From the human T2T-CHM13v2.0 reference genome, Homo sapiens: 64,000 nucleotides of DNA. The notes under the pieces are model-generated. The model ran no database searches and had not been told where the DNA came from. It saw only the letters and a program-made list of their open reading frames with translations. The stretch lies in the NCBI RefSeq assembly GCF_009914755.1, contig NC_060929.1; one strand, written 5' to 3'. The position numbers were made by a program, and so were the translations under genes. Positions within the stretch are counted from its first letter, which is position 1. The number at the start of each line of letters is the position of its first letter. Shown one piece after another: positions 15,698-33,780 of the stretch.

Positions 15698-16301
15698 TTT
15701 TTAAATGTTTATTAAATGTGCAGCAGAGAGGCTATCACATGGTAAATATATTCTAAAATTACAAAATAAGGATTAAAATACACAGACTACTAAAGCATTT
15801 TGGAGATTTAAACAATATGCCAAAGTTAATACCATATATTAAACATAGAACTTATTGATTTTCTCATTCATGGAGGTATAAACAACATTCGGCAAAATGG
15901 CAGTAAAGAGGTATAAAACATTTACCACAACTGGAGCCCAGACTTTGGTTTCTAAATTCATTTCTCACTAAAGGGGACTGAAGTTCTTTGGATAAACGGC
16001 TGACTTCAGTACTAGAGCAAAGAAAGTCAGGACCTGGAACATCTTTTTATGCCAGAAAGCAAAAAAGTACTTAAAGACTAATGGGGTCACATCAAAAGGA
16101 CATAGGACCTGACTTTGAAAGGGCTTCCACTGGCTATATTTGGAGCACTTTAATAATTAAAAAGGATGACAATATTGAACACAAAAAATAATCCATTACT
16201 TCATAGTGATTTAAAAAAGAGAGGAGAAAGGAAGGTGAGGAAAGCTCTTCTATACAGAAAACAACTAACAAATGTAAAAGAAATATAGAATCAGAAAATT
16301 A

Positions 16302-16608
<307 letters not shown>

Positions 16609-17141
16609 AAATTATCACTTTGTAACAGCAAAGTAATAGTTAATTTAGGTGAGGATTATCAATGAATGCTAAAATCACAAGGTAAAACCACTGTTGGAGA
16701 ACACGACATTCACACATTCTCCAACTATAACTTTGGATCACTTATAAATTATAGCATTGTACCTTTAAAACAAAAGAGATGCAGATGATCCTATTTAGTA
16801 TGCCCAATAATGGAAAGAACTGACAATGTGTGTCAGTGATGGGACAATACGGGAAGTACAGACCACCACCTATGCAGTTTCTCAACAAAATCATTTCACC
16901 TTAATCTAATCATGAGAAAACAACCAGATGAATCCAGATCATGATACATTCTATAAGGCAGCCGGCCAGGCTCTTCAAAAGTGCAATGTTCATGAAAGGA
17001 AAAAAAAAAAAAACAGGACTGTTCTAGATTAAAGGAGACTATGGTAACCAAATGTAACGTAACATACCTTGACTAGACCCTGGATTGAAAAATGAAACAG
17101 AGGTGTGAGATGGCCAGGTACGGTGGCTCACGCATTTACTA

Positions 17142-17430
17142 ATCATTCTCAGCAAACTAACACAGGAACAGAAAACCAAACACTGCATGTTCTCACTCTT
17201 AAGTGGCAGCTGAACAATGAGGATACATGGACACATGGAGGGGAACATCACACACCAGGGCCTGTTGCGGCGGGGCTGGAGGGCGGGGGGGCATAGCATT
17301 AGGATAAATAATACCTAATGTAGATGACAGGTTGATGGGTACGGCAAACCACCATGGCATGTGTATACCTATGTAACAAACCTGCACGTTCTGCACATGT
17401 ATCTGAGAACTTAAAGTATAATTTTAAAAA
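17142..17430 (+). mobile_element. L1PA (PA7/PA8-like) 3' end
   Basis: atcattctcagcaaactaacacaggaacagaaaaccaaacac...aacttaaagtataat. Confidence 0.88.
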
Positions 17431-18536
17431 ATTACACCCTAAAATTTTAATTTTTAAGAATGAAAGTCTCAATGATATGCTTAAACTTTAGGACTTCAAT
17501 AATTAACCACTGAAATTACAACGTATCAAAAGATTGAGCATCCAATTGTTTATAAGTTCAAAGTGTAGCCTTTCACTTCACTTTTCTGATCCTACCATGC
17601 ATTATGAAGTCACCTAATACTTGTTAATTCTAAATTCCACATGTACTTTTCAATCCTTATCTCTCTTCGAATTCTCTACAGCATTTGACTGCTGACATGT
17701 CATTCTCTCTCCTATCCCTTCTGTAATATGGTTCTTTCTGGATTCTCGTCTTAATGAGAAACATTAAGCAACGATTATAAGCACAGACTATGAAATCAGA
17801 CTGCCTAGGTTTGAATCCTGACTACACTGGGTCTAGCTGTGTGACATTAGACTAATTAATCTCTCTGTGATTCAATTTCCCCGTATGTAAAATGTGGATA
17901 ATAATACCTTCTTTCACAGGGTTTCTTGAAGGATTAAATGTATATAAAGTTTTCATAACAGCAACAGGCATCCAATAACCACCATACAGTATGCAAGTCT
18001 TCAGTATTTTATTTCCATTATTAGCTTTCTGCGGCGGCTGCTTTTTTTCAGTTTTTACTTTTTGTTATTTTGGGTCCATCTGCTCCATCTAAGTCTCCTT
18101 CATAGGTTTCTCATTTTTTTCTTATTCCTATAAATGTTTATAAAGTTTATGTTACCAGAACTGCCAACAGCTGCCTTTTATTCACTAGAGACTCTCTACT
18201 GTTAGGAATACCTTCCACATCCATAGCTTCAACTATCACATATGCCTATGACTCCCATATTTGTATTTCTAGCCCAAAGCTCTCCACTAAACTTAGATAC
18301 TATATGTTCTACTGGACACTGAACACTTTCAACCTGGCTGACCCATCAGCAACTCAAGTGCAAAATTCATTACTGGTTCCCTAATTTAGTTAACAGTACT
18401 CAGGTTCATTGGCTCTGGCCAGAAATCTGTCAATTCTACTTTCGAAATATCTCCGTTTACTATTGCAAATGAGGCAATTTAGAAATTCAGTATTTCCCAG
18501 TGAATAACTGAAATAACTGGATTCTAAAATCCATTC

Positions 18537-18845
<309 letters not shown>

Positions 18846-19107
18846 TAAAATCCACTCTTCACATATACTGCCAAAGCGATCTTTCTGGAAGCCAAATCTA
18901 AATTCCTTAATAAGGAGAACACAATTCCTCATGATCTGGATCCTGACAATTCCTCCAGCTTCATCTACTTTACCATTCATTCTTGTCCCAGTGTTCCAGC
19001 TGCCTAGGCAACTTGCATGTACATACCATACGTATCCTGTGGCCTTGGCATATGCTGTTACCCTTTCAAGAAACACACCTTCCCTTCTACACTTAAATTT
19101 CTATATA

Positions 19108-19765
<658 letters not shown>

Positions 19766-21431
19766 TATCCTAAACTCATCAGGGTTCCCTTTTCTAAAAC
19801 AACTTGAACAGCACCTGCCTACCCTTTGCTCTTCTCCCCCAAAGGCCTTCCTACAAACTTCTGAGCACCTGATATTTATAATTATCACAGTATTTAATTA
19901 GGCCATATTTTAATTGTCCATGTGTTTTGCTATCTCCTCCCCAGATGGAAGAACTATCTTTAATCTTTTATCCCTGGCACATGAAACAGTGCTTACTTAA
20001 TATTTACCGCACAAATGTTCATTAGGCAATCTCCCTCAAAAAAATTATGTATTCACCTGTGCCTCAGAGAGTCATTTAATAATCCTATAAATAATCCAAA
20101 CTCCACACCAGGCACTTGTGACACTCATAAACTCTTTCCTAAAAAAAAAAGAGGATGGTAACCTATTTTAGTTTGGCTTCTTAACTTGAGAAAAGCTGCA
20201 GTCATTTGGAAGTTTAGACACTTAAGATTTTGATTCTGAGAGATTGAGGAATATCCCTCAGAATTCTCCAAAGGGAAGAAGGAGGCAGGCATGATGAGCC
20301 TGACTACACGACAAAAATCTTGGTCTTTGCAAGGGACAGACTGACTGTGAACTCTATAACACTGTGTTTATCATTTGACTTTACCTTGGACCAGCCTAGG
20401 TAAACTAAGGTCTGGCTGTAAATAAAAACAGAATGAGCAATTTTATTAAAATAGTGGAGAATGTGTCTCACCTTTGGCATGTAATGCCAAACATGCGTTG
20501 CTTATGCCTCAAACATGTGTTGCTTATGCCTCCACAATCTAAAGTTTTTAATAAAATCGCTCATTCTATAGTCAAGCTCATCGAGTTGGGAATCTCCAAC
20601 ACACGTAAAATGATGGGCCTGGAAAAGATGTTCATCCAGATAATCCAGGTCTCATCCAGATCTAACATTCCCCTTCTATCCAACTGGATTTACAAATGAA
20701 GGTCAAGGGGCCCCAGAAGTATAAATAAGTTCTTTTTCTTTCCAAGGAACCCTCTGAATGTGCATCTGCTGTGGGAAAGCACAACAGAATCTTTGTTCTG
20801 CCAACCAGGGATGTGCACAGTGACTCACTCCAAAAATGACTCCAAGTACAATGGTGCTCTCTCGCCAATTCAGAAAAAAACTCTGCAAGTGTACATTTGA
20901 AGACCATTTTTCTAAATTCTGTAACAGATTAATAAATGGTTATACTAAATTTTACATTTTTTAAATTCCCAGCTCCTTCTTTAACTTTTTAATAACCAAA
21001 AATACCTAGTTCTAAAACAAAACAAAACAAAACAAAAAAACTTCTTCTAAGTAGGCAATTACGTTAACACCTAGCAGAGCATGAAAATTTGCCCAGACGT
21101 TTTGAATCATCTGGTGAAAGAACATAAACAGTTAAAATGGGCATTAATCTATATTTTTCTGTGATGTTCCCTGCAAATGTGTTTTGAAGCCATGCAGAAA
21201 AGGAATCTTTCTTTCAAGATATTACTAAGTTTCCTCCATCTGAATTGTCTCTCAAGAACTGCCAAGTAAAACACTGTTTATGGCAACTCTACTTTATTCT
21301 TAATGAGAATAGTAATAGCACATTTTGCCATTTTGCCAAACTTCATCAAGCCTTTTTATCTGAACACTTTAAATATTAGACCAGTAGAAATCACTACTAG
21401 AATAGTAAAGGAACAGTATTTTTCACATTGC

Positions 21432-21738
21432 TTTTTTTTTTTTTTTTTTTTTGTGAGACAGAGTTTCACTCTTGTTGCCCAGGCTGGAGTGCACAATGGT
21501 ACAATCTTGGCTCACCGCAACCTCCGCCTCTAGGGTTCAAGCGACTCTTCTGCCTCGGCCTCCCAAGTAGATGGGATTACAGGCATGCACCACCACGCCC
21601 GGCTAATTTTGTATTTTTAGTACAGAGGAGGTTTCTCCATGTCGGTCAGGCTGGTTTCGAACTCCTGACCTCAGGGGATCTGCCCGCCTCGGCCTCCCAA
21701 AGTGCTGGGATTACAGGCGTGAGCCACTGCGCCCGGCC
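21432..21738 (-). mobile_element. Alu (AluSp-like)
   Basis: gtttctccatgtcggtcagg diagnostic, antisense dimer. Confidence 0.93.
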
Positions 21739-22466
21739 TTGATTTTCTTTTTAAAGTCACTTACTCTACAAATATTTAGATATCTACTATGTACCAAGTA
21801 CTGTGTAATGAACACTGGGAGATAAGGGTACACTCACTGTCTTCAAGGAGCTTACAATCAGAGAGAAATATGCAAGTAATCATAACACAGCACAGTAATT
21901 ACTACGGTGGAAGAAGGCGCAAAGTATCTAGGAACACAGAGGAGTGGAAAAGTGAGGAAGGAAGGATGCACAATTCTGCAAATGAGCACTAGAGCTTTCA
22001 GTGAAGAATCAGAATGTACCAGGCCAGAGGATGGTTTTCCAGACAGAGAAAATAGTCAGCTAATATGTAGGCTATCATTTACTGTTTATTATCAAGATAC
22101 TTTGCTAATTATTTCACATATATTATCTCATTTGGTCCACACAAGAATCCCAAAAAGATATTCAATCCTAGAGAAGTTAGATAACTTGCCTATGGTCAAA
22201 TTCTCAGAACTGGAGTCCAGATTTGAAGTAGGCTTGTCCAAATGCAAAATTCAAAGGCCAGTGACACCGTTACCATACTGTTCCCATCCTATGCAATGCA
22301 CAGAAACAGAAGAGATTTTAGTGTCAGGATATAAAGGATAGATAATCAGATGAATAGCAAGGAAAGCCCCAAGAGAGGAGGTTAAAAGTCCAATACAAAG
22401 GCAAAATGCAAAGAACCAAGGTAGCTTCATAGTCCTCTTGGCTGCCAGAAAGAATACTTACAATGA

Positions 22467-22606
22467 GCTGGGCATGGTGGTATACACCTGTTCTCCCAGC
22501 TACTTGGGAAAATTGCTTGAGCCCAGGGGCTGGAGGCCAACCTGGGCAACACAGCAAGACCTTGTCTTTAAAAACAAAACAAACAAACAAACAAACAAAC
22601 AAAAAC
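22467..22606 (+). mobile_element. Alu monomer (FLAM-like)
   Basis: Monomer with (CAAA)n tail. Confidence 0.75.
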
Positions 22607-22794
22607 ACTCCACTCAAATTAAGTTCAAAGGCACAAAGAAAAAAATCTGCAATGACAGAACCAGAAGAGTGGTTTCCTTTGGGAGACTGAGAAGGAAAAA
22701 GGGGAAATTTCTGGAGTGCTGGTAATATTCTTTATCTGTATTCTGTATCATGATACACACAGTAAAATATGTTTGTAAAAATTAATCTGGCAAT

Positions 22795-23281
<487 letters not shown>

Positions 23282-23487
23282 TTATGTTTTATAGTTCATT
23301 TCAAAGTTTTTCAAAAAAGTCTGGGGGAGGAGGAGAAATTATCTTTCCAACCAGTGACCAGGTTGGGCCAATTCTACCTCCTTAATACCTCACTATCCCA
23401 CTTAACTGCTGCCACCACTGGGTCCAGGACCTTATCTCACACCTGAACTACTGTATTTGTTTCTAACAACAAAACATACTTCTTGGT

Positions 23488-23879
<392 letters not shown>

Positions 23880-24737
23880 CTACCTGTATACATATAAGCC
23901 TCCCTGTCTCTAGTCTGCTCCTCCCCACTCAATTACATCTCCAAAATGCTCACATAGTAGTCTTTATAAAACTGATCTTATTTCCAGGCTTTAAACCCTG
24001 CAACGGTTCTTTCTCCTTTATTTATAAGATGGAGTCCAAATTTCTGAAATTATCCAAACCCTGCTAGTACGTCCAGCTTCATCATTAAACATCTCACATC
24101 ATGTACCATCATCCCCAAACATCCTAGACATTAGCCCCAGTGTTCTGCAACCTTTTTTTCATTTTCATCCCCTCCCAAAGAACCTTTCAGACAATTTTTC
24201 GTAAGCACTGCCCCATCTCTAATTAAATACTAAAGAATAAGACACTGTCAGTTTAGGGCTGAGTTTTAGAGGGCCACAAACCATACCAATAGCTATGATT
24301 TTTTTTCCCACTCCCATAAAAGGCAATTTTTGCATCTTTGGGAGCGATATCACTTCCAACGGGAATGCCTGCTCTAGACTTACAGATTGGCTTCTTATTC
24401 TACAAGTATACATGGCTTGCCATCATCAGTACTTTTGCTCCTGCCTCTCTGCTTGGAATGACCTCTCTTGATCATCCAGAAATCAATTCATGACATTTAA
24501 CACTGGGAATTCAATGCTCCCCCATGAAGCTTGTTCCCTTCCCCATCTTGCAATCCCAAAGCCCTACTCATACCTTTGTCACTAATAACTAAAACATTTA
24601 TTACATTTATGTTTTCTTATGTCTCCCAAGTCATTGATGAATAGGGACCATGTCTAACTCCTCTCTACAACCTTGGTTTTTAATATATCAGATATATTAT
24701 TTCTTAAATGAATGTACAAATTAATGTTATCATCTGG

Positions 24738-24860
24738 GTGAGGTAACCATATCTCAGTTTAAGCGGGACAGTCCCTCTTTAACCTGTTACTCTGAAATAA
24801 ATATTAATAGCTTCTCTTTTAATTCACAAAAATGATTTGAACAACATATTGTTAATCTAT
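24738..24860. mobile_element. MER81/MER94-like hAT-Blackjack MITE
   Basis: ggtaaccatat...gggacagtccc motif. Confidence 0.5.
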
Positions 24861-25629
24861 ACCTAGGAAATATAGGAAATAAAATTCTGAGCAAGAGTAG
24901 AACATAATCAGATCTGAGAGGAAGATCACTCTAGCAGCAAGACTCAATGACTCAAGCAATAATTTGGGGGTAGAAACAATAAAACAGACTGAATTAGAGT
25001 AGTAAAACTTGTAAGAAAAGGGCAAATAAAAAGATTCAGGGGACAAAGTTTAGTGGCAAGTTGCATCTATGAGGAATGAAGAGAAATAATACAAATTCCT
25101 AGAGACAGCAACTCGGCCAGCTGCCAACAGATTATGAAGGAAGAGGAATAATGATGGCTCAATTTAGGACAAGTGGTTGAAGAACCTGGAGGACAAGATG
25201 GTTGATATATGAAGCTGAAGCACATAAAATTTAGGGGATAAGTTGGAAAACATAATCCTAGGAGGCATTAGCCTATAACAACTAACTGAAACCAAGCTGC
25301 TGAGTAAGACTGTCCAAGAAACAAAAAGTTAGCAGTTCCAATGAATACGAAGTGCTACCTTTTTAACATATGATGACTTTACAAAATGTATTTCCAAATT
25401 TTGGCTTGTAAAATATTTATTCATCATTTAATATGTGCAAATCATGGCATTAAGCACTGAGAGGGAAATAAACATTAAGGGAAATATAAGGAGTTCATTC
25501 TGAAGTAAAAAAAGGAACGTTATAAAGAATGGTATTAAATGTGGATTGAGCTGAGAAACAGCCAAGTTCAAGGTCTAATTATGACTGTGGCTTCTTTAAG
25601 GAATTCTGGCATAATGACGCAAAGAAGTA

Positions 25630-28428
<2,799 letters not shown>

Positions 28429-28899
28429 TACCTTAACAGTTTTTGTTGTTTTAGTGCACTTAATTGTCCATGGAGTATTTAAGTCTGAAATTTTCCATAA
28501 GAATATCTTTGCAAATTGAGAAAGAACTAGCTCAGGAAAGACAATGTTCTGTGGAAGCTGAATCTATAAGTAGGAGAAATCTCTCACACACACACTGTGT
28601 TAGAAAGATATCTAAATGGCACACTTTACAACATGTGTCTGTACTTGATGTCTGGCTCACTAGGATTATGCCTGAGTTGATAGTTTCACCTAAGGACGAC
28701 AGATGGTTCAAAATAAAGGAACCATTCATTTTGTCCCAGAAACACAAGGAGTTCTTTACTCATTATTTACTCATCAATTACACGATGCAAACAAATGATT
28801 TCAACATACTAATTCTCATCCCTTTGTATATTTTTCACAACGCTTTGCACCCAGTAGGTATTCAAGGAAAAATAAGCCAAACAAATAATTTTATCCCCT

Positions 28900-30620
28900 T
28901 CTATTTTACAGCTTATTAATTTGGCTTCTAGGGCACCACCACTCTCTCGGTTTTTCTCCTACTGCACTGTTTGCTTCCACTCATTCTCCTTTGCTGATTT
29001 CTACTCTTCTCCCCGACCTTATACTGATCTCATGTCCCATGGTACTCACTGTCCTTGGTCCTCTTCTATTCTCTACGTACACTCACTACTTGGTAATTTT
29101 ACCCAGTCTCATGACTTTCAATATCTATAAACTGATGACTATAAAATTGTTATCTCCAGCTCAGGCTTCTTAGTAATACAAATTTGTATATGCAACCTCT
29201 TACTCATTTCTAACAGACATTTCAAACTTGACATGTTCAAAACTGAATTTCTGATCTTGCCCCTAAAACCTACTCCTCCTGCAGCTTTTCCCATCTCGCT
29301 GATGGCAGCTCAAACCTCTCTGACAATAACTCCAACACTCCAGTTATTTAGGCCAAAAACCTTGAAGTCATGCTTGATTCTTCTCTTTTCCTCAAGGTCC
29401 ACATCTGATCTATTAGCAAATCCTGTTGGCTAACCCTACAAAATATTTCTAAAACTTAACCACTTCTCACCACTTCCATTACTATCACTATCACTTTAGT
29501 CAGAGTGACCATCATCTCTAACCTGATTTTATGCAATAACAGCCGTTAACCTCCTGCTTTTGCCCTTAAACACCTACAGTCTATTCTCAACACAGCAGCC
29601 AGGAGACTACCCAGTAAGGTAGTCAGGTGTAGTGGCACATGCCTGTAGTTCCAGCTACTTGGGAGGTTGAAGCAGGAGAATCTGTTGAGCCCAGAAATTA
29701 GTGACCAGACTGGGCAATATAGTGAGACCCTCTTTAAAAACAAAAAGGTAGGCCAGGCGTGGTGGCTCACGCCTGTAATCCCAGCACTTTGGGAGGCCAA
29801 GGCGGGCAGATCACGAGGACAAGAGATTGAGGCCATCCTGGCTAACACGGTGAAACCCCATCTCTACTAAAAACACAAAAAATTAGCCGGGCGTGTTGGC
29901 ACACACCTGTAGTCCCAGCTACTCAGGAGGCTGAGGCAGGAGAATCGCTTGATCTCAGGTGGCAGAGATTGCAGTGAGCCCAGACTGCACCACTGCACTC
30001 CAGCCTGGGTGACAGAGCAAGACTCTGTCTCAAAAAAAAAAAAAAAAAAAAAGGTTAAGTAGGTCAATATCACTCCTCTGCTTCAAAATCTTTCAGTGCT
30101 CCCCCTCACTGAAAAGTCAAATAGGATGTGCCCTATGCTATGCATCATTATCTCCACTCCTCCTTCATCTCTTACTACTCTCACACCTGTTCACCCTTCT
30201 CCAGTCACACAAAGCTGCTTGCTATTTCTGGAATGCATCAAAACATGCTCTCAACATAGGGCCTTTGCAACGATTGCTCCCTTTGCTGGGAAAGCACTTT
30301 CTCCATATACCCCTATAGTTAATGCCATCACATGCATCAAGTCTTTGATCAAAAATCATCTTCTCAACCAAGTTAAACGAACCACCTTATTTAAACTGCA
30401 ACCCAGCCCTTGCCCCTTGCTTTCAATCCCTCTTACTCTGCTCTTTTCTTTTCTAGCAATTATAAGCTACATATTATGTAACTTACCTTTTAGTATATTC
30501 ATTATCTGCCTTCCCCACTCTTCATGCTATCAGAATGTAAGTCTTACTAGGGCAGACCTGCTTTGTTTATGGATACAACATAGTGCACAGACTAGTGCCT
30601 TCAGCTGCTAGACTCCCAAT
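28900..30620 (+). mobile_element. L2 LINE 3' portion interrupted by an Alu monomer (~29621-29746) and an Alu (29751-30052)
   Basis: ttcaaaactgaatttctgatc, cacttctcaccacttcc, ctattctcaacacagcagcc typical of L2. Confidence 0.8.
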
Positions 30621-31008
30621 AAGCAACTATAGAGCTAATATATTCATAATAGACCCTTGGGAGTCCAGTAAAAGGACCTTCTGAAAACAGAAATGAACTT
30701 GGGAGAATTTTGTCAAATTATTTATCACAAACAAATCATCACTAGGATTCAGATTTCCTTCTTCATACTTCTTTACCCCAAACAAATTCTACACTCATTC
30801 AAAAGCACTACCAATGCATCAGTTAACCTCTTATGCTGCTAGATGTCAGGGCTACATTCTGTGTACTGTGGGCAGCTGTTTAGCATTCCCTTGAACAATG
30901 CTTCTGTTCCAATTAAGCACAATAAAGTACTTAACACAGCACACAGTGGCCAACATAACTTTATGAACAGTTTAGAAAATTTCCTAAGGCTCAAAAATAG
31001 GCAATTTC

Positions 31009-31303
31009 AGCCAGGCGCGGGGCTCACACCTATAATCCCAGCACTTTGGGAGGCCGAGGCGAGCGGATCATGATGTCAGGAGTTCAAGACAAGCCTGGCC
31101 AACATGGTGAAATCCCGTCTCTACTAAAAATACAAAAATTAGCTGGGCATAGTGGCGTGTGCCTGTAATCTCAGCTACTCGGGAGGGTGAGGCAGAACTA
31201 CTTGAACCGGGACCCAGGAGGCGGAGGTTGCAGTGAGCAGAGATCGTGCCACTGCACTCCAGCCTGGGCTATAGAGGGAGACTTTGTCTCAAAAAAAATA
31301 AAA
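31009..31303 (+). mobile_element. Alu (AluSg-like, gaaccgggacccagg insertion variant)
   Basis: Dimer; TSD aaaataggcaatttca. Confidence 0.92.
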
Positions 31304-31402
31304 TAGGCAATTTCAAAATAAATAATTCTGCTGTTAAAGAGCAGTAGGATTTTTCCATTAAAATGTGAATTTAGTAGCACAAGTAATGTTGAAAATTAAA
31401 AG

Positions 31403-31704
<302 letters not shown>

Positions 31705-32679
31705 TTAAATTAAATTAAATTGAAACCTGCAATACACATCATAAGCCTTGTATAATACTTTCCAATGCTATAAAGGCTGTAAGATAATTCGCCTACTGAA
31801 ATTCATAAATCAGCTCACATTGACTTCAAGAATCATCATAAGGAAACAAACACTCATCGAATTATAAATGTATATCTCAAAAAGAGAACTCTGGAAAGTG
31901 GTAGAATTTGTGTTGTTCCTATGCAAACATCAGGATCTTCAATAACATAATTTGACCTATCATGGCTTCCGTTGTGACCTGAATAATTGTCACGACCCAA
32001 AAGGTCAGCCCAACGTTACTGAGACTCAGTATGCAAAACACTACATATCTGAAAAACTCCAAAGTGAAGAATTAACCAAAGCATTTCATTTCATTTACTG
32101 CAACTTTAAACAAAACAATCCAATAATCCACTCACACTGTTTAGTGTTTTGTTTAGAAAATATGTCCCACTTGTTATAGAAACCTCCAAATCAAGGAAAA
32201 CCTTCCCCAAAACCTTAGCATTCTACCGGGATAAGCAAAGCTAACAGGTTTTAGTTATATGCCTGAAAACTAGCCTTCATGAAGGTCGAATGAAAAATCT
32301 TTTAAGCTGATGCCATAACTGTTAACTCGACACAGCAAATTTTGGATCCAAGCACAAAATACTGTAAAATTTCCCAGTGACAGTCTGAAAAAGTACCTAC
32401 AGTGGTGTTCTTTAAACATGCATCATCTACTACAGAATTCACCATTTGACTGGATGTAAACTTTTAAACTAACTTTGAAAACTTTATCTTTTTTTTAGGC
32501 AACTGTACAATATTTCAGAGACCTTTAAAGAAAAACTATTTCTAAATTACATGGCTGAGATACTTCCCTTACAATTTCCATCTCGTTTTTCATAGTCTAC
32601 TTAAACGAATGGGCATCTAACTGCGAAACTCATATTACCCAACTCAGAAAATACGACTTAGTAATGGTGCTTTCTTAAC

Positions 32680-33780
32680 GACACTCAGAAGCCCCCGGCA
32701 AGGACGGGTACGCGGGTTAAGACCGCATCACAGGCAGGAAGGGCGGTCGGCACCCTGCTGGCGACAAGGGCCTGGGTCAGGGAAGAGACTCAAGCGAACA
32801 GATTCCCAGTAGCAGGTGCGAGACTCTGGCAAGAGGGCAGTCGCCGCGGATTTCGGACAGACAGGAGGATGCTGTCTACTGGACTGTGAGACGCACATAA
32901 AGGTCAACCAGCCTCACCTCGGGAGTCCGCTCGGGTGGCTTCTTCCTCAACGCCTGCCTAGCGCCAGGGTCCACGGGTGAGTTCATGGCCACGGCCCGGG
33001 TACTCCGCAGCCTGCCCTTAGCAGCCCACGCCACAGTTCATTCACACTAGGTAGCGGGTGCGGTACCTTTCCCCCGCCCCAAGGAGGGAACTTCGCGCCG
33101 TAACAAGGTCCGAACTCTAGCAAACAACCCTTCGCAACGCCCGCCTAAGGCCTCTACCCACGCGCGACTGGCCGGAGACAAGTCTGCGCGGGGGCGGGGG
33201 AGAGTAAGTGCGCATGCGCAGCACGCACGCGCACGCTAAGAAACGCCCAAGGGAGTAACTCCACTGTGACGTTAAAATTGGGGCGGTGCGAGTAAGTCGT
33301 TTCCTGCTGTCGTCGTGAGATTTAAAGACACCTCGCGAGACCTCACCTAAATCAGTCACGGGGTCTGCCTTGGCGTTGTGGTTCCGTCTTCTCCATCCGT
33401 TGGAGACACCGGAAACGCGCTGAGGACCTGAGCAAAAATAGCATTTTGGGGCAGAACCGTGGGGAGGCGTTCTGACTGGAGAGAACTGTTGTGCCCAAAT
33501 CCGGAAGCCCAGGGTGTGGCCAAGTCCGGCTTTGCGCTCTCCTCTGCAACTTCTACTGCCGACTTTGAATATGCGGAAGTAGAAGCCGCCATTCGGCAAA
33601 GAAGGAATTCCACGCACACCTCATATCTCTTTAAATAAAACGAGATCTCTTGTGAAAGCTGCCGACAGAGAAGTGCTTGATCTATTCGAAACGGACGTCC
33701 TGAGACCAGGGCAGAGAAAGCAAACATTCACGGCCAGGATAGGCAGCCGGTGCCGCGGCCAGCTCACGATTACCTTTGAG
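32680..33780. promoter_or_regulatory. RAPGEF6: CpG island / RAPGEF6 promoter
   Basis: Dense non-Alu CpGs around exon 1; GC box 33191-33200, perfect NRF1 palindrome TGCGCATGCGCA 33209-33220, CRE-like TGACGTTA 33267-33274, CTCGCGAGA 33332-33340, ETS CGGAA motifs near 33410, 33502 and 33574. Confidence 0.92.
32918..32986 (-). CDS. RAPGEF6: RAPGEF6 coding part of exon 1, MNSPVDPGARQALRKKPPERTPE
   Basis: gccgtggccATG context, 69 nt, donor GAG|gtgagg, phase 0; recognised N-terminus of Rap guanine nucleotide exchange factor 6. Confidence 0.97.

Noticed and set aside
20474-20490. NFI binding site TTGGC...GCCAA
   Set aside because: Spacer is 7 nt rather than the required 5; treated as part of the larger palindrome.
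30096-30611. 171-aa ORF
   Set aside because: Lies in a degenerate L2 3' region; low-complexity, no splice or domain support.
33117-33727. 166-aa and 123-aa ORFs over the CpG island
   Set aside because: No recognisable protein; long open frames are expected in GC-rich DNA; they overlap promoter motifs.
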